A stretch of 51,032 bases of DNA, counting the filler, from an uncultured virus (IMG/VR IMGVR_UViG_2061766007_000659) (Duplodnaviria > Heunggongvirae > Uroviricota > Caudoviricetes). It is 2 parts of one record of this genome, joined end to end, with 100 filler letters (N's around TTAATTAATTAA, not from the genome) between each part and the next. Parts side by side here need not be neighbours in the genome. Positions count along the whole stretch, not along the records: positions 21,746 to 51,032 come from IMGVR_UViG_2061766007_000659; 1 more part is not named here. The stretch is one strand, 5' to 3'. Position numbers and translations under genes: made by a program. Positions 28,893 to 39,468 of this stretch are shown piece after piece (the first letter of the stretch is position 1; each line of letters begins with the position of its first letter). The notes under the pieces are model-generated. The model was not told the origin of the DNA. It did not search any database and was given only the letters and a program-made list of their open reading frames with translations.

Positions 28893-29894
28893 ATGAATCC
28901 TAGAACACTGAGAAACCTTATTATTGGTGCAGTTATCGTAGTCCTTGTTATCGTACTCGGATTTTCGTCATTTACGGTTATTTCACCCACAGAGAGAGGA
29001 GTGAAAGTCACAATGGGAAAGGCGGGAGATACAGTTCTGAATCCAGGTATGCAGATTAAGGCTCCATTCTTCCAGACCGTCAGAACATATGACCTAAGCC
29101 CAAAAGCCTTGAATATGTCATTCAGTATGGGACAGGACGCAGCAGTTACCTCTGATATGCAGTCTGTTGCCTGTGATTTGGTTGCTTATTGGACATACGA
29201 TGAAACTAGGATTCTTGATATTGTCAATGGTTATGCCGATGCCACAATCAAGAGTCTTGTCAGAGACAACACACTTGGTGCTATCAAAGAGGTAATTGGT
29301 AAATACTCTATATATGATATTGTAGAGAAGCAGGAAGAGGTCACAGAGCAGGTCAGAGCGTCACTTGTCAACAGGCTCTCCCAGTATCCTGTGGTTATCA
29401 GTTCACTTACAATCAACAACTGGGATTGGAGTTCTGAGTTCGACGCACAGATTGCCAATACCATGAAGATGGCTCAGCAGGTCAAGGTAGCTCAGCAGGA
29501 ACTTGAGGTTACTAAACAGCAGGCTCAGAAACAGGTCGCAGAAGCCAACGCCGCTAAGGAGAAGGCAGAGATTGAGGCTCAGATGAGGGTCGCAGTCGCA
29601 GCACAGGAGGCCCTCGCCAAAGAGAAGGAAGCCGAAGGTAAGGCTAATGCAGCTAAGGTTACCGCAGACGCTGAAGCTTATAAGGCAAAGGTAGAGGCCG
29701 ATGCAAAGGCTTATGCAAGAGAGGTTGAAGGAAAGGCAGAAGCTGAATATTACAAGAACCTTTCAAGTCAGGCTGAGATTATCGAACTTCTCAGAACCCT
29801 TGACATTGAGTCCACAAGAGCTGGTAAGTGGAATGGAGTTGAGGTATCAACCTATCTGCCCCTTACAGCCAATGGAGTTCTGGTCAACCTCTGA
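28893..29894 (+). CDS. SPFH/prohibitin (band 7) family protein
   Basis: N-terminal TM, ISPTERGVKVTMGK..LNPG, AVTSDMQ, Ala/Glu-rich coiled coil. Confidence 0.9.
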   Translation: MNPRTLRNLIIGAVIVVLVIVLGFSSFTVISPTERGVKVTMGKAGDTVLNPGMQIKAPFFQTVRTYDLSPKALNMSFSMGQDAAVTSDMQSVACDLVAYWTYDETRILDIVNGYADATIKSLVRDNTLGAIKEVIGKYSIYDIVEKQEEVTEQVRASLVNRLSQYPVVISSLTINNWDWSSEFDAQIANTMKMAQQVKVAQQELEVTKQQAQKQVAEANAAKEKAEIEAQMRVAVAAQEALAKEKEAEGKANAAKVTADAEAYKAKVEADAKAYAREVEGKAEAEYYKNLSSQAEIIELLRTLDIESTRAGKWNGVEVSTYLPLTANGVLVNL

Positions 29895-29913
29895 TAAAAT
29901 GACCATACAAGAG

Positions 29914-29944
29914 AGCAGGCACCTTATGGTGTCTGTTTTTTTTT
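29914..29944 (+). terminator. Rho-independent terminator
   Basis: AGCAGGCACC-TTAT-GGTGTCTGTT followed by a T-run. Confidence 0.75.
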
Positions 29945-29953
29945 ATCTGAGTA

Positions 29954-29982
29954 TTGACAATCTCCATCAATAGTGGTATATT
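29954..29982 (+). promoter_or_regulatory. sigma70-type promoter
   Basis: TTGACA-17-TATATT with TG extension. Confidence 0.75.
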
Positions 29983-30204
29983 ATANNNNNNNNNNNNNNN
30001 NNNNNNNNNNNTAACGATTTTGAAGTCGGTAGTAACGTTGTTTCAAAGTATGACCCTGAGGGAACAAAGGGTGTTATCGTAAGTATCTTCTGGGAACAGT
30101 CCAATGAGGAAGTTCCTCCCACAATCTATGTGAAGTGGGATGATACAGGTGATGTTGAGGTCTGTGATGCCTATGACATCATTATGGCTTGATAGGAGGC
30201 TCAT

Positions 30205-30453
30205 ATGAAGTTCTATGAGTATCAGGTAAGAAATACAAACAATGCAAAGTACTTCCAGAATCAGCAGAATGCTGTTGATTCTGCAACAAAGGATACCATT
30301 GAATATTACAGAATATTTAAAGATGTGGAGCTTGAGTTGTATATGACGGATGTTCCCGTCCATGAAACAGGCGTTAATCTCTATTTCAGGAAGAAGGGAG
30401 ATAAGGACACTTATGTTGTTTCCTACATACAAATTAGGAAAACAGAGGATTGA
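30205..30453 (+). CDS. Hypothetical protein
   Basis: AGGAGG RBS, 82 aa. Confidence 0.6.
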   Translation: MKFYEYQVRNTNNAKYFQNQQNAVDSATKDTIEYYRIFKDVELELYMTDVPVHETGVNLYFRKKGDKDTYVVSYIQIRKTED

Positions 30454-30471
30454 GGAAGTAGATTTAAGATA

Positions 30472-30795
30472 ATGGAGACTAAAGCAACAACAATTGATAT
30501 TTTGAAACATATATTTGATACGGTATGTCTGTATCCAGATGTTGAATCCTGTGAGAACATTGATGTCTTTACAAAAGGACACTACTTCGGTCCAGGATTC
30601 GTCATGTCATTTGACTTCAAGGATGGTGATGATTTCGTAGAGAGCTCCATTATCTTTGATAAGGATAAGAACTATGTCGGAACGATGTCTTGGATTAACA
30701 AGAGGTCAAATGACGGATGGTTCAATGATGTAAATCCGAAATGGATGGATGATGAAGTAATTTGGGCCAACATAAAGAGGTTTGAAGAAAAATGA
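30472..30795 (+). CDS. Hypothetical protein
   Basis: 107-aa ORF, ATGA-coupled to rtcB. Confidence 0.6.
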   Translation: METKATTIDILKHIFDTVCLYPDVESCENIDVFTKGHYFGPGFVMSFDFKDGDDFVESSIIFDKDKNYVGTMSWINKRSNDGWFNDVNPKWMDDEVIWANIKRFEEK

Positions 30796-32023
30796 TAGAA
30801 ATTAGGGGACAGTACAATTCAGCAATCATATATCAGTCAGAGATTGATGATGCAACCCGTGACCAGGTTCAGACAATTGTGAATCAGCCCTTTGTCGAGG
30901 GTGAGACAATCAGAATCATGCCTGATTGCCACGCTGGAGCAGGGTGTGTCATTGGAACAACTATGACAATCAACAACGGAAGAGTCTGCCCCAATCTTGT
31001 GGGAGTAGATATCGGTTGTGGAATGTTACTGGTTGAACTGAAAGGAATCAGAAAAGAAGACATAGACTTCGATGATTTTGACAAGTTCATATCCACTCAC
31101 ATACCTGTTGGTAAAGAGGTCTACGAAGCCCGTCAGGTGCATTTTCCGGAAATACTCAATCTCAAATGTTACAGAGAAATGAAAGATGCAGGAAGATTCG
31201 AAAGAGCCATAGGTACTCTTGGTGGTGGAAATCACTTTATGGAACTTGATGAGGGTTCTGATGGTAGAATCTATTTTGTTGTCCATACTGGCTCAAGAAA
31301 CATGGGTAAGCAGGTCGCTGATTACTACCAGGATTTGGCTGATGGAATCTGCAACAGAGGACTTGACACATATTTCATAGAGAAGGCAAATCTCATTGAG
31401 ACCTATAAGGCTGAGGGAAGAAAGTCAGAGATTCAGAACGCTCTGAAAGAACTCCAGAAGAGGTATAAGGAGAATACTGAGAAAGTACCGAAAGACCTCG
31501 CATGGCTTGAGGGTCAGCACCTTGAGGATTATCTTTATGACATGAGAATCTGTCAGTGGTACGCTTCTCTCAACAGAAAGACAATCTGTGAGAAGATTGT
31601 CAAGTACTTCAATCTGGACTGGTTCAATCTGTACAAGTGTGAGACTATACACAACTACATAGACTTTGAACAGAAGATTCTGAGAAAGGGTTCTATTGAC
31701 TGTTCTTTCGGTAAGACAGTTCTGATTCCCATAAACATGAGGGATGGGTCCATACTTGCAGAAGGTAAGGGAAACAAGGATTACAATTTCTCGGGACCTC
31801 ATGGAGCTGGAAGGCTTCTGTCGAGAAATGCAGCCAAAGAGACCATATCTTTGGATGATTTCAAGAAGTCAATGGACGGAATCTATACTTCATGTGTATC
31901 AGAGGATACTCTTGATGNNNNNNNNNNNNNNNNNNNNNNNAGTCAGTTCTTCCTTGGATAGAGGAGACAGCAGATGTTGTAGATATAATCAAGCCCATCT
32001 GGAATTATAAGGCAACTGAGTGA
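30792..32023 (+). CDS. rtcB: RtcB-family RNA ligase
   Basis: IMPDCHAG, VGVDIGCG, GTLGGGNHF, HTGSR, HNY, RKG, PHGAGR; C-terminus after the gap ...IKPIWNYKATE*. Confidence 0.95.
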
Positions 32024-32030
32024 TTGCCTA

Positions 32031-32060
32031 TTGACAAATAATAACGGTTTGTGTTATTAT
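32031..32060 (+). promoter_or_regulatory. sigma70-type promoter
   Basis: TTGACA-18-TATTAT with TG extension; AAAGGAG RBS downstream. Confidence 0.65.
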
Positions 32061-32082
32061 TTAATTGAAAGGAGAGAGAAAT

Positions 32083-32380
32083 ATGAGAGATTCGAATATC
32101 GAGAAGATTGGACTTGTGGTCTTACTGATACTGGNNNNNNNNNNNNNNNNTGACGGCACTTATCATTTTTGGAGTTTGGGTAACACCCATGTGGTTCAAT
32201 ATTGTTTTAAGTGTCCTTCTTGGACTTTCATGTGGAGTCAAGTGTTCCATTATCAAGTTGGCCAGAGTTATCATGACAATTCTTATTCTTGTGGGTGCAT
32301 GGGTTGCTCCCCTTTGGGTCAAGATTGTACTGGTTGTCCTTATGGTCACTGGTATTGGAAATGATTCATCAGATGTCTGA
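32083..32380 (+). CDS. Multi-pass membrane protein (joined across gap)
   Basis: MRDSNIEKIGLVVLLIL-gap-...MWFNIVLSVLLG...IVLVVLMVTG. Confidence 0.5.
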
Positions 32381-32409
32381 TTAAACAGACTCCTTTAAAA
32401 GAGGCGATT

Positions 32410-33305
32410 ATGGCAATTCAGAGTTTAAGTATTGTAGTTCCCGGAAAGAAGTGTATAAACAATTGTAAGTTCTGTGTGTCAAGGACACATGAGGATATTA
32501 TCTATGAGGACAGGATATCAGAGGAAGTCAAATGCTATCCTGAGCAGAAACATTTCAGCACAATTTATGGTGACAAGTACAGGACAGCTCTCAGATATGC
32601 AAGAGACTTAGGATGTACAACTCTGATGCTGACTGGTGAGTGCGAGCCACAGCAGAATATGCCCTTCCTNNNNNNNNNNNNNNNNNNNNNNNNNNNCCTG
32701 AGCATCTGTTCAACAACATTGAGATACAGACAACTGGAAGGGGTCTTTATAAGGACATCATATTTGGCCTTGCACACAGAGGAATAAACACCTTCTCAAT
32801 CTCAGTGTCCAGCTTTGATGATAAGGAGAACAACAGAATCATAGGAAACAATGACTCCCTTAATCAGATAAAGCTGGTTAACCTCTGTGAGAGCATCAAG
32901 GAAGCAGGATGCCTGTTAAGGCTATCTCTGAATCTGAATGATTCTTTCTATCACATTCAGGATACTGCAGGACTTCTGAGAGTGTGTAAGCAGGTCTATG
33001 GTGCAGACCAGGTGACCTTGAGAAAGCTTTATAAGTCTGGAAAGGATTGTGAGCAGGACAAATGGATTACCAATCATTGTAATGTATATAAGGATGATGA
33101 TTACTTCCAGTACATCAGAATGAACGGTACTGCTCTGGAGACACTTCCCTATGGAATGACAAAATATTCTCTTGAGGGAGTCGGAACTGTTGCAGACAAT
33201 GACTGTATGGCCAAGAAGAACACAGAGGAAATCAGGTATCTGATTCTGAGACCGGACTGCCATCTGTATACCAGATGGGATGACCCTGCAAGTATCATTT
33301 TCTAA
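32410..33305 (+). CDS. Radical SAM protein without SPASM domain (joined across gap)
   Basis: SIVVPGKKCINNCKFCVS, LTGECEP, IEIQTTG, RYLILRPDCHLYTRWD. Confidence 0.85.
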
Positions 33306-33753
33306 AAGGAGATAATAAGTGACTACAATCAAAGAACTTTATGAATGGGCAAAGAGAACAGGCATTGAGGATTATGTGATAGTTGTACCAGATGATTCTG
33401 TTCATGGCACCACAAATTCAGTCAGTATTGAGTCTGATGATACCTGTAGAGAAGTTCTTATATCTTCTGAGGAGTGACAATAACATGAAGANNNNNNNNN
33501 NNNNNNNNNNNNNNNNNNNNNNNNNNNNNNAAAAGGTCCAGTATTTGGAAATTTACTTCTTTTGAAACTCTCACACAGACCAGGAATCTGTCTTGGAGCG
33601 AAATGTGCAGATTACAGAAGAAAAGAGGTCTTTCAAATAACAGAGGAATCAGATTCAGAAGCAGTAGCAGACAGATTAGGTGTGCAAGTCAAAATGTTGC
33701 ACAGATGAACAGTCAAAGAAATCAAGAGTTTCAGAAATGGGAAGATAAAATAA

Positions 33754-33936
33754 GTGAAGAACATAGAAGGAAAGATCATTGAATCAGAATGGTCTGAGAT
33801 AAATAAGGATACAGGTGTTGAGAAGGTACATGAACATAAGATGTACTTTCTGAATGATGATGGAGAAGAAGTCATACTTGACAGATACAAGGACAAGACA
33901 AAGCCTATTGTCTGGACCAAGGTAAGTGACATTTAA
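33754..33936 (+). CDS. Hypothetical protein (start uncertain)
   Basis: Short ORF directly upstream of pncB. Confidence 0.4.
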   Translation: MKNIEGKIIESEWSEINKDTGVEKVHEHKMYFLNDDGEEVILDRYKDKTKPIVWTKVSDI

Positions 33937-33947
33937 GGAGAACAGAT

Positions 33948-35157
33948 ATGAAGCAGATTATCACACATCTTACAGACACAGATTTTTACAAGTTCAGTAT
34001 GGGACAGGCAATTTTCCATCAGTTCAACTCTGATGAGACCACTTGGACCTTCAAGTGCAGGAACAAGGATGTCAAGTTCACTCCTGAAATGGTTGAGGAG
34101 ATTACAAGACAGATAAAGATGTACTGTGACCTCAGATTCACAGAAGAGGAGCTGAGATATCTGTCAACCATCAAGTGGTTGAAAAAGGACTACATTGACT
34201 TCCTCAGATTCTGGCATCCAAGATTTGAGGAGTTTGACATCAGTACATATGGAGACTGTGGATTGTCAATCGAGACAAAGGGAACATGGTTGAACACCTC
34301 CATGTATGAGATTCCCACTCTGGCGATTGTCAATGAGGTCTATTTCACAATGAAATACCACATCAACTCTCTTGAGGACCAGTTGATAAACGGTACTGCA
34401 TATAAGATTAATGGTCTCAGACTCAGAGGACATGAGTTCCACACTCTTTATAACATCCCCTTCTCTGAGTTCGGAACAAGAAGAAGACTCAGCAAGTCTT
34501 CTCAGGAGAGGATGCTGACAATGTTCAGAGATGCAAGCATTCCTGGATTTGTCGGAACATCCAATGTCTACTTTGCCATGAAGTTGGGACTCAAGCCAGT
34601 AGGAACAATGGCTCATNNNNNNNNNNNNNNNNNNNNNNNNNNNNNNACACCATGAATATAATCCAGCTTACTCCAACAAGTTCGCCCTTGATTCTTGGGT
34701 CAAGGAGTATGGAATCCTCAATGGAATCGCTCTTACGGATACAATCACAACTGACTGCTTCCTCAAGGATTTCAGATTGACATTTGCCACTCTGTTCAGT
34801 GGAGTCAGACATGACAGCGGAGACCCTATGATTTGGGGAGACAAGATGATTGAGCACTACAAATCCCTTGGAATCGACCCCAAGACAAAGACACTTCTGT
34901 TCTCTGACAGTCTTGATTTCCATAGGGCAGTGGATATTGTGAAGTACTTTGATGGACGGGCAAAAGTCGCCTTCGGAATCGGAACTTGGCTGTCAAATGA
35001 CTGTGGAATCACTCCTCTCAACATCGTCATGAAGGTCACTGAGGCCAACGGTCAGCCCGTGGCCAAGATTTCGGATGCAAGTGGTAAGGGAATGTGCAAG
35101 GATGAAGCCTATGTGGACTACCTCACAAGGGCCATCAACTGGAGAATGACCCACTGA
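33948..35157 (+). CDS. pncB: Nicotinate phosphoribosyltransferase (joined across gap)
   Basis: [66 protein letters not shown]. Confidence 0.95.
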
Positions 35158-35173
35158 TTAGAAGGAAAAACAG

Positions 35174-35374
35174 ATGAACCCAAATAAAATATATAACAGA
35201 ATTTTAGATTTTTCAGGCTTTGTAATGACAGTTCTCTTTGTCATTGGAAAGATACTAAACTGGTTTGATGCATCTTGGTGGTTGATTTTGTTTCCAATAC
35301 TTGCACCATCTTGTTTTCATGCTGATGAAAGTGAAGATGATGACAATGACAATAATAATTACAGGTGGGCCTAA
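35174..35374 (+). CDS. Small membrane protein
   Basis: LFVIGKILNWFDASWWLILFP hydrophobic pattern. Confidence 0.55.
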   Translation: MNPNKIYNRILDFSGFVMTVLFVIGKILNWFDASWWLILFPILAPSCFHADESEDDDNDNNNYRWA

Positions 35375-35562
35375 TGGACAAGAGAGTTAATCAAGTCCTT
35401 AAAGACAAATGTAAATGGGTTTCAGCTTTCAGTAAGAAGAACCTTCTGTTCAAGGAAGTTGTCAAAGATTACCCTATGCCATTGCCGAAAGAGAATATAC
35501 CCATTATTAAAATGGAATATAAAANNNNNNNNNNNNNNNNNNNNNNNNNNNNNNNNNNNNNN

Positions 35563-36417
35563 TTGAAATAAGATACTAAGCTGCTTGGAACATATATGGC
35601 TTCTATTGAATTTACATTTGTAAATGCATTGGCATTACTGACACTGGGACACCTTGTTACATTTCTTAAATCTATGACTTTAAGTGAAGTCATATTACTG
35701 AAAGCATAGTTACCTACATTTGTTAAAGCACCTTGGATTCTAAGGTGGGTTACTCCCTGCATATACATAAAGGAATAGGCACCAATGGAAGTTATGCCAG
35801 CATCCACCACAATTTCTTTGACAGCGGTGTTTGGAGAAGATGTCTTACTGTTGAAGTAACTCTTACTGCTTGTTCCTGAAATTGTTTTACTTCCACCGAT
35901 TCCAACATATCCTGATGTAGGTAATGTACTTGTGGTTATAGGTGTCAAATCAAAATCAGCACCATGATAAGGATAGGTTCTGCCATCAGGACCATAGCTT
36001 GAGAATGGATAGGTTATTGTATTGTCATTCTCATCCTTCCAACCAGTTATATACAGACTGTTATATGAGCTGTCAGTAGGATATTCAATATCAATAAAAT
36101 GATTTATTGTATAGAGAGTAGCATAAACTGTAACTGTGTAGTTCATGGTGACAGTGGTATTATAGGCAGTGTAACTNNNNNNNNNNTGCCTGACTCATAG
36201 AACCCGATATAATCTGATATGTGAATTTAGGACTATCATAGTCCATTATGTCAGCAAGTCCGTTATTATAGTGAGCAGATAAAATCATGCCAGCCAAGTC
36301 TAAGGATTGACCTACTGAGAACTCTGTTACATCAGGCTCAGATACCATGCTTAGAGATACTGGATAGATACTTGCTCCACCACCTGATGTCTGATATTGG
36401 ATTGCATTTATAATCAT
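35563..36417 (-). CDS. Ig-like (Big_3-type) plus BspA/TpLRR leucine-rich-repeat protein; probably one gene across the 36177-36186 gap, 3' end in gap
   Basis: SLSMVSEPDVTEFSVGQSLDLAGMILSAHYNNG (Big_3-like); GITSIGAYSF, LTNVGNYAFSNMTSLKVI, NAF...IYVPSSLVSY (LRR_5 repeats and cap). Confidence 0.7.
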
Positions 36418-36427
36418 ATTTGAACCC

Positions 36428-36838
36428 TCAGTTGATAATGATAATATTGACAGTTATTGAAGCTGTTGGAGTCTGGCTGACCTGGAAAGTAAGAGAACCT
36501 GAAGTCTGTGCAGAACAATAGAATCCAGCATTAGCTGCCACACTTATACTTGCAGGAGCTGGTGACACTATTATTGTATTTGAGGCAGTGACTCCAGTAA
36601 CTTGTTTGGTACATGAATTGTTTGACCAGTCATTGACTGCTATTGTCACTGTAGCTTCCGTGGGTAATTTACCATTGATAAAGTTCGATACTGCTGAGGA
36701 GGTGGGAACATTTCCCGAAGAAGGTGAAATTAAACTTATGGTATCTTCTACAAGGTCCTCGATAAGGTCATCCATATAGCCTTGTATCTGGGTATTATAT
36801 GTAACCAACCCATTATAATCCAAGAACGATTTTGGCAT
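36428..36838 (-). CDS. Probable tail-fibre-associated structural protein
   Basis: SFLDYNGL N-terminus; VTIAVNDW...QVTGVTASNTIIVSP...LTF...PTASITVNI. Confidence 0.6.
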   Translation of the reverse strand: MPKSFLDYNGLVTYNTQIQGYMDDLIEDLVEDTISLISPSSGNVPTSSAVSNFINGKLPTEATVTIAVNDWSNNSCTKQVTGVTASNTIIVSPAPASISVAANAGFYCSAQTSGSLTFQVSQTPTASITVNIIIIN

Positions 36839-36936
36839 TTCATTTCCTCATTTAGTAGATATTACAGACAATCTAGTTAGTCTAATGTTGCCTATTCAAT
36901 CAAATTGTAACGGAGTAATTTTTTTTATCAGCCCTA

Positions 36937-36965
36937 TTGAAAAAAAGTGTGTAAAGCAGTATATT
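36937..36965 (+). promoter_or_regulatory. sigma70-type promoter (variant -35)
   Basis: CTATTGAAA-17-TATATT, then ATGTAAAGGA. Confidence 0.55.
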
Positions 36966-37000
36966 ATATATGTAAAGGAANNNNNNNNNNNNNNNNNNNN

Positions 37001-37420
37001 GAAATACTCAAAAATAAAGAAGTTGATATTATCTGTTATGACAGATATATAGATGAAACTACCTTGTATTTAGGTGACCATGAGAATGAACTCATCAAGG
37101 CTCTTGATACCATAACTTTTGATGTTCCCATTCTTCTTACAAGGAAGAATCCAGACAACTGGAATGATGAAGCCCTAGAACTTACTCCAAGACTTCTTGA
37201 TTTTCTGAAANNNNNNNNNNNNNNNNNNNNNNNNNNNNNNNNNNNNNACATAAGTAGTATTGACCCTGACCATGAGGATTCCTTCTATGCAGATTCCATT
37301 ACAGAAGATGAATTCATGGATTCTGAAAGGGAAGCTTGGTCTGAAGCTGAGAAACATGAAGGTGAGGTAAATCNNNNNNNNNNNNNNNNNNNNNNNNNNN
37401 NNNGGATTCTGGTCAATTAA
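37001..37420 (+). CDS. Hypothetical protein(s), fragmented by gaps
   Basis: Open frame between three N-gaps. Confidence 0.4.
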   Translation, partial: EILKNKEVDIICYDRYIDETTLYLGDHENELIKALDTITFDVPILLTRKNPDNWNDEALELTPRLLDFLKXXXXXXXXXXXXXISSIDPDHEDSFYADSITEDEFMDSEREAWSEAEKHEGEVNXXXXXXXXXXXILVN

Positions 37421-37462
37421 TGAAGATGGTCAGATAGTTCATGAAACAAGTGAGGAAAATAA

Positions 37463-38896
37463 ATGAATGAGTATATAAAGAAGGTTCTTCCAGAGATTGT
37501 GGAATCTATGGATAAGGAGCTGGAAGACCAAAGAAGTAATCTTAAAATGATTGCTTCAGAGAATTATTGTAGTCCTGCAGTAAGAGAAGCCATGTCTTCT
37601 ATTTTTACTGATAAGTATTCCGAGGGATATCCTTACCACAGATATTATAGTGGTTGTGATAATGTGGATAAGGTAGAGAAACTTGCTCAGGATTTGGCTT
37701 GTGAGCTTTTCGGTGCTGATTATGCTAATGTTCAGCCCCATAGTGGTTCAGATGCTAATCTTATTGCCTATTGGGCAGTCCTTGATGCTTGTGTCCTTAC
37801 TCCTGGGTTTGAGGGTGTAAAGATGGATTTCCAGTCAGATAAGGATAGGGGAATCAATGTAGATGTTCCTAAGTCTTATAGTGATTTGACTGGAGTTGTA
37901 TGGGGCTATCTCAGAAGAAATTGTCATAATAAGAGACTCCTTTCCATGGATTATTATTCTGGAAGTCACCTTACCCATGGATACAGACAAAATATATCCT
38001 CACAGATTTTTGATTGTTATTACTACAAGGTAGGTGACAACGGACTTCTTGATTATGATGCTATTGAGAATCAGGCCATAGAAGTCAAGCCTTTGATTCT
38101 TCTGGCAGGTTATTCAGCTTATCCGAGGAAAATCAATTTCCGAAGATTCAGAGAGATTGCTGACAAGTGTGGAGCTGTTCTTATGGTGGATATGGCTCAC
38201 TTTGCGGGTCTTGTAGCAGGTCATGTCTTTGAGGGTGACTATGACCCTGTTAAGTGGGCTGACATTGTGACTTCTACTACTCATAAGACTTTGAGGGGTC
38301 CAAGAGGTGGTCTGATTCTCTGTAAGGAGTGGCTCAAGGATTCCGTCAATAAGGGTTGTCCTCTGGTGATGGGTGGTCCTTTACAGAATATGATTGCTGC
38401 CAAGGCCATCTGTTTCAAGGAAGATCTATCCACGGAATTTGAATCTTATGCTCATCAGATTGTCTCCAATTCACGAGCTCTTGCTGAATCCCTTAAAGAC
38501 AATGGAATCAAGATTCTGACCGATGGAACAGATAATCACATGGTTCTTGTGGATTTGACTCCTCTTGGACTTACAGGCAGACAAGCAGAGCAAGCCCTCA
38601 GAGATTGCGGAATCACTTGTAATAGGAATACAATTCCCAATGACAAGAATGGTCCCTGGTATACAAGTGGATTGAGACTGGGAACTCCTGCTCTCACTAC
38701 TCTTGGAATGAAGGAGAATGACATGGCTCAGATTGGTCTGTGTATTTCCGAGGTTCTTAAGAGCCTTATTGTAGATTCCAAGGTAAGTAAGACCAAGTAT
38801 TCAATTCCAAAGGATGTAATAGACAGGGTTAGGGGAGTTGTCAAGAGTCTGCTGAGNNNNNNNNNNNNNNNNNACTTTGATGTTTCATTTTTGTAA
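37463..38896 (+). CDS. glyA: Serine hydroxymethyltransferase, long-insert spirochaete-type
   Basis: LKMIASENY, DKYSEGYP..RYY.GC, VQPHSG, HLTHG, DMAHFAGLVAG, TTHKTLRGPRGG (PLP Lys), GTDNH, SGLRLGTPALTT. Confidence 0.97.
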   Translation: MNEYIKKVLPEIVESMDKELEDQRSNLKMIASENYCSPAVREAMSSIFTDKYSEGYPYHRYYSGCDNVDKVEKLAQDLACELFGADYANVQPHSGSDANLIAYWAVLDACVLTPGFEGVKMDFQSDKDRGINVDVPKSYSDLTGVVWGYLRRNCHNKRLLSMDYYSGSHLTHGYRQNISSQIFDCYYYKVGDNGLLDYDAIENQAIEVKPLILLAGYSAYPRKINFRRFREIADKCGAVLMVDMAHFAGLVAGHVFEGDYDPVKWADIVTSTTHKTLRGPRGGLILCKEWLKDSVNKGCPLVMGGPLQNMIAAKAICFKEDLSTEFESYAHQIVSNSRALAESLKDNGIKILTDGTDNHMVLVDLTPLGLTGRQAEQALRDCGITCNRNTIPNDKNGPWYTSGLRLGTPALTTLGMKENDMAQIGLCISEVLKSLIVDSKVSKTKYSIPKDVIDRVRGVVKSLLXXXXXXXFDVSFL

Positions 38897-39046
38897 TGAT
38901 TTCATAACATAATTATTTATCTTATGTAGAGGTAAGATTATGTGCCCTGATGAACGTATTTTGAATGAATATATAGATAGTAAATTAGAGTCCCCATGAA
39001 AACAAAGTGATTTTTCTTTATATTATATGTATAGGAGAATTATTTA

Positions 39047-39292
39047 ATGACAGATAATAGATACGATGAAATGAAGAATCTACTTGAAAAGCTTGAGGAG
39101 GCCTTGGCCAATGGAAGGACTATGATTCATACAATCCAGCCTATTGAAGATTGGGCTAACCTGGATTTGATTGAGGATAGAACCTATGAGGATGGTAAGC
39201 ATGATGGATACCTTATCGGACTCCGTGATGGTATTGAGTCAGCCATGGGAATGGTAGAGCATTTCATTGATACCCTTGAAAGAAGAATATGA
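39047..39292 (+). CDS. Hypothetical protein
   Basis: AGGAG RBS, 81 aa. Confidence 0.55.
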   Translation: MTDNRYDEMKNLLEKLEEALANGRTMIHTIQPIEDWANLDLIEDRTYEDGKHDGYLIGLRDGIESAMGMVEHFIDTLERRI

Positions 39293-39468
39293 CAGTAAGA
39301 GAACTGGCAAAAGCATTGGCTCTGATACCTGAGGAATACCAGAACCTCAAAGTTATTGTTGATTATGACGAAATTAAGGGATTATGGAAACTTTGGGAAG
39401 AATATCCCCTTGGAGATTATGCAAGTCCTGATTGTAAATATGAGGATGTAATTTACATAGAGTGAAAA

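Noticed and set aside
35563..36417. Diversity-generating retroelement targeting the LRR protein
   Set aside because: No reverse transcriptase and no template/variable repeat pair is visible in this window.
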